This document shows positions 1-7,670 of a stretch of DNA of 32,000 bases, piece after piece. The first letter of the stretch is position 1. The number at the start of each line of letters is the position of its first letter. The position numbers and the translations under genes are program-made. Below the pieces are notes generated by a model. That model was not told where the DNA came from. It made no database searches and saw nothing but the letters and a program-made list of their open reading frames with translations. Origin of the DNA: Archaeoglobus fulgidus DSM 4304 (GTDB lineage: Archaea; Halobacteriota; Archaeoglobi; Archaeoglobales; Archaeoglobaceae); the NCBI RefSeq assembly GCF_000008665.1, contig NC_000917.1, positions 1,410,001 to 1,442,000 on the forward strand, given 5' to 3'.

Positions 1-2
1 AT

Positions 3-506
3 TACACAGAACTATCCTTAGTTTTAGGGCATGGAGTTGTTGTGGTCTATCCTGATGGAACAAAAAAGAGTGCAATAGGCTTTGCAGACCGAGGATATGC
101 ACTCCCAGATGATATTAGACTTGGGTATGCCAGCCCAGATGGATTTGGATACAGCGTGTGGACTTTCATAATCCAATGCAGTGTTCTGGGAGACGAATAT
201 GTAGACGACTGGCTTCAAACTTTGCAAGGTGTTCATATGGTTTTAGGCTTTGCAAGCACTGCTACCATCAGTAATGCCGACTTTCCAGAATTAGCATATC
301 GACTAACAGGCACAGGTGGTTATACCAGAGAAAAGGTCGAAAGTGCCTTTTTTAGTACGTTTCTTAAATCGGATGGCGTGCATGATGATAACAGGGCCAG
401 AATTATAGCCGAAAACTCTGAAGTACTTGATAACGACTACTTAAACAGCTTTGAACGTGTGCCGGTTGATGGAAGCAAGATAATCGTTACTGGGTGGGTG
501 GGGTGA
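3..506 (+). CDS. C-terminal part of a DUF6345-like secreted/surface protein, truncated at window start
   Basis: The frame of ORF 42..506 is open to the window edge (YTELSLVLGHGVVVYPDGTKK...). It contains IIQCSVLGDEYVDDWLQTLQGVHMVLGFAS, reminiscent of the DUF6345 'CS.LG...W...GVH..LGF' pattern (recalled, not searched). Confidence 0.55.
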   Translation, partial: YTELSLVLGHGVVVVYPDGTKKSAIGFADRGYALPDDIRLGYASPDGFGYSVWTFIIQCSVLGDEYVDDWLQTLQGVHMVLGFASTATISNADFPELAYRLTGTGGYTREKVESAFFSTFLKSDGVHDDNRARIIAENSEVLDNDYLNSFERVPVDGSKIIVTGWVG

Positions 507-510
507 AAAA

Positions 511-1398
511 ATGAAAAAATACCTTGCGCTCGCTGCAATTGTGGCTATTTGCGCTCTGTGGCTCACCCAGAACAGCAACTTCGAAGCGGGGAAAACTTTC
601 AAATTGTTCGATTCAGGAAAAACTGCGATACTCCGGCCAGTAATCTACTACAACCTGCCTAACGGAAGTGTAATCGAGGTCAGAGATAGTAATCCCTTTC
701 CGTTTACCATCGAACTGGCGAGTGGTGGTTTAGGGATAAATGCACCTTCAAAATCATTGGAAGTTTACACCTACGAGACTTATAAAAAGCCGGAGGAGAT
801 AAAGGTTATCGCAAAATCTTTTGGAGCATCTTTGGATAAGCTCTACTACAACGAAATTACGCATGCGTACCTCTACAACGATGAAAAGCTTAGCTTTGAA
901 TACTACCCTAATACTGGGTATCTCAGAATTCTCTTCAAGAATTCAAGTCTGGAAAAGGCTTCAATTTTAAATGGGCTTCTAAACTACAGCTATCAGAAAA
1001 TCGAAAAGAACGGAGGAGTATTTTACGCAAGAAACTTTGACGGTTTATCATCTAACGTCGGTTTGCTTGTTAAATCCGATGAAAAGGGGATAAGAAGCAT
1101 TGAAGGAATACTGCTAAAAAGTGTAAAGCTTAAAGGAAAATACGAACTCATTCCAATTGACAGGATTCCAGAAATGCTCGAAAAAAGGGTTAAAGGTGAC
1201 CTTAAAGCGGACGACTGGTATTTAAGCAACATCGCCTTTACCAAACTAACACTAACGAATGTTTCTCTGATGTACACAATCACTCCTGACGGTATTCTTC
1301 CAGTCTACTGGTTTGAAGGAAAGTATGAGCTTGATTTTGAAGGAATAAAAGACTCAGGAACTGTGGAGGGGAGAATAGTGGCTGTTAGTGCTAATTAA
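511..1398 (+). CDS. Hypothetical secreted or membrane-anchored protein
   Basis: 295 aa ORF with N-terminal signal/anchor MKKYLALAAIVAICALWL, 2-5 bp behind the upstream ORF; RBS-like ggtgggg. Confidence 0.7.
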   Translation: MKKYLALAAIVAICALWLTQNSNFEAGKTFKLFDSGKTAILRPVIYYNLPNGSVIEVRDSNPFPFTIELASGGLGINAPSKSLEVYTYETYKKPEEIKVIAKSFGASLDKLYYNEITHAYLYNDEKLSFEYYPNTGYLRILFKNSSLEKASILNGLLNYSYQKIEKNGGVFYARNFDGLSSNVGLLVKSDEKGIRSIEGILLKSVKLKGKYELIPIDRIPEMLEKRVKGDLKADDWYLSNIAFTKLTLTNVSLMYTITPDGILPVYWFEGKYELDFEGIKDSGTVEGRIVAVSAN

Positions 1399-1410
1399 GT
1401 TATAATTTTT

Positions 1411-1475
1411 ATATTCTCAAACTATGGTCAGAAACTACATATAGCAATTGATGTATTGTTTTAATGGTGGATAGC
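1411..1475 (+). promoter_or_regulatory. Upstream element copy 1 (promoter/RBS region), duplicated at 5881..5945
   Basis: atattctcaaactatggtcagaaactacatatagcaattgatgtattgtttt..ggtgg matches 5881..5940 at about 56 of 60 positions and lies directly upstream of a signal-peptide gene. Confidence 0.6.
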
Positions 1476-2516
1476 ATGCTGAAAAAGGTGTTGAGTCTGG
1501 TTTTGGTGTTGGTGATGCTGAGCAGCAGCGTTGTGCCAGTGATGGCGGCGAGCGATGCAGAAAAGTGCAGCTGCGGAGCATGCGAAATAACCTTGAAGAG
1601 AGTTGTCGAAGTGGAACTGGCTAAAAACGGAAAAACGATTCTAAACGTCACTGAAATCAATCAAAGCCTTAGCGAGTGGTTTGCTGAGAACTTCGAAGGA
1701 AGCTTCAGTTGCGCAGACGGAAGCTGTCTTGCTTTCGATTACCAGCTGGAAATTAAGGAGCTACTGAACTTGTCGAAAAACAACAAGGAGCTGAAGTTGC
1801 TTGAGATTAAAGTTTACAACGAAACCACCAGCCACGAATTCAAGCTCCTCAGCTACTTTGCACAAACCGCAACTTACAACCTCAGCCTGATTACGAGAAT
1901 AATGGAAATCGACGGTGAGAACTACTTCGTCACAACCATTAACGTTGCTCCCAAGGACGATAAGAAGTTTGCTCCCTTTGCCGACATCGTGGAGATCAAG
2001 TCCAAAACTACTCTGGCAGAGCACTACAGAATCCTCGCCAAAGTGCTTAACGAGATAAGGAAAGGAGACGATACAAGCTGGGTTTGGAACAAAGCCAAGA
2101 ACGAGCTTAACTACCTGAGCAGGGTTGTTGAGATGGAGCTGGAGGAGTATAATGTCGAAGGATATGGATGGACACTGATAATCGATGATGAGTGTACATC
2201 GGCATGTAGCCTAATTTTAGGTATGGCAGGGGCTACAGTTTGTCTAATCATTTGTTCCGTCACAAATGTTGGTGCTTTAGCTTGTGGTGTTATTTGCTCA
2301 GTTGCTTGGGGAGCAGCATCTGGGACTGCATGTAGTTACTGGTGCACTGGAAACCTTGATCCATGTTCTGCAGGATGTGGCGGATTTTGCTCTGGAGTGT
2401 GCTCAGGTGCCTGTAGCGCACTTCTTTCTAGACTTGGACTAACCTCACTGACATACTTCTGTGAAAAGTATGCATGTGCTCCAGCATGCACAGGAGCGTG
2501 TGAGTCGGTATGCTGA
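1476..2516 (+). CDS. Putative archaeocin-like precursor: signal peptide, conserved leader/prodomain, 18-Cys C-terminal core
   Basis: ORF 1464..2516; the ATG at 1476 gives MLKKVLSLVLVLVMLSSSVVPVMA. C-terminus DDECTSAC...CSAGCGGFCSGVCSGAC...CAPACTGACESVC ends in Cys. The prodomain (TLAEHYRILAKVLNEIRKGDDTSWVWNKAKNELNYLSRVVEMELEEYNVEGY) is paralogous to 3286..3909. Confidence 0.75.
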   Translation: MLKKVLSLVLVLVMLSSSVVPVMAASDAEKCSCGACEITLKRVVEVELAKNGKTILNVTEINQSLSEWFAENFEGSFSCADGSCLAFDYQLEIKELLNLSKNNKELKLLEIKVYNETTSHEFKLLSYFAQTATYNLSLITRIMEIDGENYFVTTINVAPKDDKKFAPFADIVEIKSKTTLAEHYRILAKVLNEIRKGDDTSWVWNKAKNELNYLSRVVEMELEEYNVEGYGWTLIIDDECTSACSLILGMAGATVCLIICSVTNVGALACGVICSVAWGAASGTACSYWCTGNLDPCSAGCGGFCSGVCSGACSALLSRLGLTSLTYFCEKYACAPACTGACESVC

Positions 2517-3289
2517 GGAAAAAACTGCTGAAAATTCTGAGTGTGTTAACTCTCTTTATTTTTTTCCAGTATGTAGCAAAATTTGGGATCTTGGAGAGTT
2601 TAGCTCTCTCGATCGTTTACGTTCTGTTGATGGAAATTCTGAGGGACCTCGAAATACTTGCGGAAAAAAGGGTAACATACAAACTGAGTTCTACTGAGGT
2701 GACAAAATACGTTGTTTCAGAAGCCAGTATTTTCGTAACCTCTTTAGCGATTACTTTTTTATTGGGGGGAGAGATTCTGGATGGTCTTGCGTTTGGTTTC
2801 TTTTTCTTGGTGTATCTCCAGTGGTTCTACAACGAAGCCGAAATGGAAAGAGTTTTCAACGATTTCCCAACTTTTCCAAAAATTTTCTTGATATATAGGT
2901 TTGCTATAACGTTATTTGGTTCAACCATTTGCTTTTATCGCTTCGTTTTCGGTGACGTGCTAAAAAGTATAGTAGCAGGCATTCTGACGTTTGCGCTGTT
3001 TTTGTCACAAAGAGCTCTCAATCTGGAATACGTTACAAGCGGAAAGTTTGTTAGGTCAGTTTCAAATCCCCAGTGGTACTTTCGACGAGTCAAGCATTTT
3101 ATCCTCTCCGCTCCCGCCATGGGTGTTGGGGCTACTGCTGGCTACATCGCGGCAAGGTCTGCTGAAATAGAGTCGATAATTGAAACAGTCTGCTGGACTT
3201 TCAGAGCTTTCCTTCTGCTGACCATCGTTGTTGTTTGTATTTTAACGCTGGGTAGCTGGTTGGGACTGAAAGTTCATAAAAAAGCATGA
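2510..3289 (+). CDS. Multi-pass membrane protein overlapping the precursor gene; candidate immunity/transport partner
   Basis: 259 aa, several hydrophobic segments; start overlaps the upstream stop by 7 nt (translational coupling). Confidence 0.7.
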   Translation: MLRKKLLKILSVLTLFIFFQYVAKFGILESLALSIVYVLLMEILRDLEILAEKRVTYKLSSTEVTKYVVSEASIFVTSLAITFLLGGEILDGLAFGFFFLVYLQWFYNEAEMERVFNDFPTFPKIFLIYRFAITLFGSTICFYRFVFGDVLKSIVAGILTFALFLSQRALNLEYVTSGKFVRSVSNPQWYFRRVKHFILSAPAMGVGATAGYIAARSAEIESIIETVCWTFRAFLLLTIVVVCILTLGSWLGLKVHKKA

Positions 3290-3909
3290 TGGGTGGAATT
3301 TTGCTGTTGTGGGGTTTGAAGATGTTTAACAGAACACTCAGCTACAGCTCTTACGTGCTGAGCTACCAAGTTGAGAAGCAGCAGTACAACGTGAGTGTGC
3401 TGACGAGGATTATCTCCGTAAACGGCACCGACCTTTTCATGACAATGGTGAATATAGGTCCAAGGGACAGCAAGGCTCAGCCCGTCGCCGATATAGTGTT
3501 CTTCACTAACAAAACGAATCTGGCGGAGCACTACAGGTTGCTCGGCAAGGTTCTGAACGAGGTAAGGAAGGGTGACGAGACGAGCTGGGTTTGGAACAAG
3601 GCGAAGAACGAGCTTAGCTATTTGAGCAGGGTTGTTGAGAGGGAGATGGGGGAGTATAATGTTGAGGGTTATGCCGCAGCTACAACCATGGATATTGATG
3701 CTTGCGGAGCTTGCAAAGTTCTATTTGAAGTTGCGTGTGCAGTGGGTTGTGGTGTAGGAATGGCTACACTTTGTATACTTGCGGGATTGACAACGGGTGT
3801 GGGTGGGATTGCCTGTGCTGCGATTGCGGCTGCAGTCTGTTGGGCAATTGGAGAATACGGGTGCGATTCCGGTGCAGGATATGTATGCACTCAAATAGGT
3901 TACTGCTAA
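3286..3909 (+). CDS. Second archaeocin-like precursor paralogue with halocin C8-like 10-Cys core; N-terminus lacks a clear signal peptide
   Basis: ATGA overlap with the upstream stop. Prodomain paralogous to 1476..2516. Core 3691..3906 DIDACGACKVLFEVACAVGCGVGMATLCILAGLTTGVGGIACAAIAAAVCWAIGEYGCDSGAGYVCTQIGYC. Confidence 0.75.
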   Translation: MMGGILLLWGLKMFNRTLSYSSYVLSYQVEKQQYNVSVLTRIISVNGTDLFMTMVNIGPRDSKAQPVADIVFFTNKTNLAEHYRLLGKVLNEVRKGDETSWVWNKAKNELSYLSRVVEREMGEYNVEGYAAATTMDIDACGACKVLFEVACAVGCGVGMATLCILAGLTTGVGGIACAAIAAAVCWAIGEYGCDSGAGYVCTQIGYC

Positions 3910-3941
3910 GGAGGTGTTGAAAAGTGATTAAAAAATCTAAT

Positions 3942-4103
3942 TTGTTTTGTTTTATTTATACACTGATTTCTTTTATTGTAGTGGCAATTTTAAGTTACGT
4001 AGTAGAAAGGGAAGTCAATTGGATTCTGGCTGTTAGCGTCTCTGCTGGTGTGTGTATTGGCTATACGTTATTTTATAGAAAAGTTAGAAAACCTTGGGGA
4101 TAG
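3942..4103 (+). CDS. Small two-TM membrane protein downstream of the halocin-like core; candidate immunity peptide
   Basis: TTG-initiated frame LFCFIYTLISFIVVAILSYVVEREVNWILAVSVSAGVCIGYTLFYRKVRKPWG, ending 1 nt before the next ATG. Below the ORF-track length cut-off; start uncertain. Confidence 0.4.
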   Translation: MFCFIYTLISFIVVAILSYVVEREVNWILAVSVSAGVCIGYTLFYRKVRKPWG

Positions 4104-4104
4104 C

Positions 4105-5127
4105 ATGCAGAAAAAAGTGTTAAGTCTGGTTTTGGTGCTGGCGGTGTTGGAGAGTATAGTACCAGTATCTGCTTGGGGGACAATAACACATGTTAGAATG
4201 TCTTCAGAGGCAGGGAACCCTTACACAGGATTTAAAATGGAATACTTGTCTGGTTCCATTGCTCCGGATGCTGGATACATCATCTCGACAGAGTGGGGTA
4301 CAAAGTTTCATGGATATTATGTAAATGATGCTCTGAACATAGCAAATAAAATGTTGAGCTTGGCGGAAGGAACTGATGAGAAAGCATTTGCCAAAGGGTG
4401 GCTTGCACATTTAATGCAGGACAGAGTGGCTCACGGAAATGGAGACGGGTTACCGAAAGACCAAGCTTACGGTGAAGGCTACTCGAACTACGCTGCTAAA
4501 AAATACGGCTTAACCCACATAGAGGCGGAATTTTTTGTTAATGGTAGAGTTATTCACGAAAAGGGCTGGGATTGGGACTTCGTGAGGTTTGCAGTTCCAA
4601 CGGAGCTCATTGTCAAGACAATGAGAAGTCTTTACGGTTCGGCTCCCAATGAGAATGACCTTAACAATGCCTACAACACCTTTGCAATGGAATACTATGG
4701 TGAGCTGGCATTTTGGAACTCGCCATCAGGAAATACAGCCTATTTAACGCTTCTTCTTTTTGGGACGGTTTCCGACTATGACGATTATGTTTCAGACGTT
4801 CACTGCAATCCTTATGAGGAATCGATTTATTTGACCAATCACCCAAACGCAAGGTCAACGTATGCTGCGGGAACGTATATAATGGGAGTTAAAAAGGTTA
4901 AAAGCAGTGACGGGCAAATTAAAAAATGGATGAAGGAATACGCTGAGAGATTAGAGAAAGCGGGAGCGATAAAGGTAAACAGAAAATTCGAAGATGGATG
5001 GCTGGTAATCGAGTTCAGGATGGTTGACAAATATAAGGCTGACAGGATTGCCAAAGAAGTTCTTCAGGACATGGCGAGATCTGAAGAAATTTTCCAATTC
5101 ATTAATTTAAAGGGTGACGAGAAATGA
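4105..5127 (+). CDS. Secreted zinc-dependent phospholipase C / S1-P1 nuclease-like protein
   Basis: Signal peptide MQKKVLSLVLVLAVLESIVPVSA with predicted cleavage exposing W at mature residue 1 (WGTITHVRM). Further motifs AHLMQDRVAHG and THIEAEF fit the Zn-binding pattern of this fold. Confidence 0.6.
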   Translation: MQKKVLSLVLVLAVLESIVPVSAWGTITHVRMSSEAGNPYTGFKMEYLSGSIAPDAGYIISTEWGTKFHGYYVNDALNIANKMLSLAEGTDEKAFAKGWLAHLMQDRVAHGNGDGLPKDQAYGEGYSNYAAKKYGLTHIEAEFFVNGRVIHEKGWDWDFVRFAVPTELIVKTMRSLYGSAPNENDLNNAYNTFAMEYYGELAFWNSPSGNTAYLTLLLFGTVSDYDDYVSDVHCNPYEESIYLTNHPNARSTYAAGTYIMGVKKVKSSDGQIKKWMKEYAERLEKAGAIKVNRKFEDGWLVIEFRMVDKYKADRIAKEVLQDMARSEEIFQFINLKGDEK

Positions 5128-5755
5128 AAAAAGGCGACTTGGCGCTGTATATATCATTAGCAGTTATTATTTTTATATTTTTTGGAATTTTTTTCTTACC
5201 AATGTTTATAGTATACGGTGGTTTTGGACTTCTTGACCCTTTTGCTGTTAAAGAAAGATACACCTCAGGACTGTTACATATTCCTCCTAAGGCGAAGAAC
5301 CGTTCGAAAACGTAACAGTAATCATCCCAACAGCAAAGCTGGGCTCTGTGGAGCTCCCACCAAAGAATTTCGAGACTATAAAGATTAACAACCGAACATA
5401 CATAAAGTTAACCGGGGACAAGCCACTATCCGAAAAACTTTGGCCTGAAAGAAAGAACGAAACCCTGTACAGGATGGAGTTCAGGGTCGAGTTCCCCAAG
5501 ATGAGCATAGAAAATCTCAGCGAATACAAAATAGATGATGAATCAGTTAGAGTCCTCCTAAACTACACCAATGCCAGCTACGTCAGGTTGTATATCAGCC
5601 TGTATTACCTTGAATTCGATTACGTGGACATCCTCGGGAAAAGATTTTACACGAATTTCGGCCATTACGACTCTCTAAGGTGTTGGAGTGTGGTGAATGT
5701 TACTGAGGTGGAAAGGAACAAGTGGATATCGGCTCCTGTATCGTGTGAGAGTTAG
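5124..5755 (+). pseudogene. Membrane-anchored protein split by an apparent frameshift (5124..5315 plus about 5300..5755)
   Basis: ATGA overlap with the upstream gene. The first frame gives the TM anchor MKKGDLALYISLAVIIFIFFGIFFLPMFIV...; the second continues FENVTVIIPTAKLGSVELPPKNFETIKINN without an anchor. Confidence 0.5.
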
Positions 5756-5880
5756 ACTTTTGTCAGTGTTAAATCTTGTTTGGTGCTGGTAGTGTTGGGA
5801 TGTTGCTCTAATCCCTCCAGCAACTTTCATTCTTGTTTACGTCTGGGTCACTCTGCTTAATTTTTATTTTTAAGGCTATT

Positions 5881-5945
5881 ATATTCTCAAACTATGGTCA
5901 GAAATTACATATAGCAGTTGATGTATTGTTTTTTTGGTGGTAGCA
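5881..5945 (+). promoter_or_regulatory. Upstream element copy 2, near-identical to 1411..1475
   Basis: atattctcaaactatggtcagaaattacatatagcagttgatgtattgtttttttggtgg. Confidence 0.6.
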
Positions 5946-5988
5946 TGCCATATGTGTGCGGCCACAGCAATATGGCGGTGAGTGTGGT

Positions 5989-6351
5989 ATGAAGAAAAAA
6001 CACGTTATCCTTCTAATCCTGATTTTGTTACCAGTGGTCTTCCTGCACATAATGCTGGCCACATGGGGACTCTCCATGTCCTTCTACGTCAAGAGGCTTT
6101 CCTCACCACCCCAGAACTACTTCGAAATCACCGAGGAGGACTTTCGGGAGATTCCAGAGCTGAAGAAGATATTCGAGGACTTGCGGAAGCTTGCTCCAGG
6201 GGAGAGCAGGAGCTACGAGCTTGATATCGATACCGGAAACAAGGTTCACAGCTATCTGACAGAAAAGCAGGCTGGAGTTGGTGAGTGTAGCTACACATAC
6301 TGCTTCAAATACGGTGATGCCTACTACGGAGCCCACATGGGGACGCCTTAG
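5989..6351 (+). CDS. Small membrane-anchored protein
   Basis: MKKKHVILLILILLPVVFLHIMLATWGLSM...; N-terminal TM segment, ordered C-terminal region. Confidence 0.6.
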   Translation: MKKKHVILLILILLPVVFLHIMLATWGLSMSFYVKRLSSPPQNYFEITEEDFREIPELKKIFEDLRKLAPGESRSYELDIDTGNKVHSYLTEKQAGVGECSYTYCFKYGDAYYGAHMGTP

Positions 6352-6428
6352 AGGAGGTGTAGGCGTGAGCCTTAAAGTTCTGATGGGTGGTAGCATGTCA
6401 TTGAGTCTGGTATTAAGGAGGTGTTAGG

Positions 6429-7631
6429 GTGAGTCGCAAATTGCTACTGGCACTGACATTCTTGGTTGTGTTGGGCATAGCAGTTGTAGTGATGGCAGCA
6501 ACCTATGAACTATTCCTCCTGTTCAACTCTTGGCTTGAAGGCAAACCCCTCGGAATTGTGAAAATAAGCGTCGAAACGCCAAAAGCAGACGGTATCTGCT
6601 TCATCGCAGTCCACCGCTTCTTCACGCCCATTAATCCGACAAAAGCGTGGAATCAAACCGACGTGATTTACAGGGGGAAGGTGAAGTGCGGCGAGAGTGT
6701 GGTTGTTAAGGACACAATCAGGTTAATGCAGGTCGGAGCGAGAGATGTGAACGGAGAAGTTATGCCGATATACGACTCTCCGGAGTATGCGGTTGTGGTG
6801 GTATCTAAATCCGGCGGATTTAACAGGATAATCCAGACTGACATCGTGAAGCCCATCACCGAGGTAAAAGTGAAGGCTGAGTTTGAAAGTGGAGAGTCCG
6901 CAAGGCCGGCTGAAGCTCCAAGCACGTCCAGAACCTGCAAAATCTCCAGTAATCCAGATGCATGCGTTCTTGACGTGAAGCTTGCTTACATCAACAGCAT
7001 TCCCGGGCTTAAGACGGCCTTCGGTCTTGAAGGAGTACGTCCTTCTGCCATGCACGTCGAGGGCTGGGGAAGCTCCTGCATTTCCTCCGAACCAGATACA
7101 GCTTGCCCACCATCCGCGTGGAGATCAGGCGGAAAAAAGCTGACGATTTCAAATGTAGGAGAGATAAGTGATTACGTCTCTGACGGACAGAGGGCTATCG
7201 TCTGGGGAGGTGTGGAATACCTGTATGAGAGACATGCAGTGTGGGATGATGAATTCGAGGCTTACTGGAAGTACGAGTTCTTCTATCCTAGGGCGATAGG
7301 GGGCCTGTCGACACCTCAGGTCGTTGGAAGCTACACCCCACCCCCCACCCCTCCCAGTTACGCTGCAGGTCCGCAAAATGGAAGTTGCGAGATAAACTTT
7401 GAAAAACCATATCCTTCCGACACCAAGCTGAATCTTACAGCTCAGGCTGTTTTGAACATCGGAGAGGTTTCCCTCAGCATCTCTATAAGTCCCTACCAGT
7501 CGGGCGACGACAGGCATCCCACTCCTTACCTGAGCATTGTGGACATCAGCGGAAAAGGCTATCCTTGGTACTACTGGTGGTACAAGAACAACGACAGAAT
7601 GACCTACGAGGTGGAGTTTTACGGTTCCTGA
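6429..7631 (+). CDS. Hypothetical secreted/membrane-anchored protein (400 aa)
   Basis: GTG start after ggaggtg RBS; MSRKLLLALTFLVVLGIAVVVMAA signal/anchor, Cys pairs, Pro-rich linker SYTPPPTPPSYA. Confidence 0.75.
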   Translation: MSRKLLLALTFLVVLGIAVVVMAATYELFLLFNSWLEGKPLGIVKISVETPKADGICFIAVHRFFTPINPTKAWNQTDVIYRGKVKCGESVVVKDTIRLMQVGARDVNGEVMPIYDSPEYAVVVVSKSGGFNRIIQTDIVKPITEVKVKAEFESGESARPAEAPSTSRTCKISSNPDACVLDVKLAYINSIPGLKTAFGLEGVRPSAMHVEGWGSSCISSEPDTACPPSAWRSGGKKLTISNVGEISDYVSDGQRAIVWGGVEYLYERHAVWDDEFEAYWKYEFFYPRAIGGLSTPQVVGSYTPPPTPPSYAAGPQNGSCEINFEKPYPSDTKLNLTAQAVLNIGEVSLSISISPYQSGDDRHPTPYLSIVDISGKGYPWYYWWYKNNDRMTYEVEFYGS

Positions 7632-7670
7632 GAGCAGATGATGGTGTTGATGGAGTAGAATCTAAAACAG

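Noticed and set aside
1476-2516. Interpretation of the Cys-rich C-terminus as a ferredoxin or zinc-finger domain
   Set aside because: Spacings are mainly CxxxC in hydrophobic Gly/Ala-rich context, not CxxCxxCxxxC or paired CxxC knuckles, and the protein has a signal peptide.
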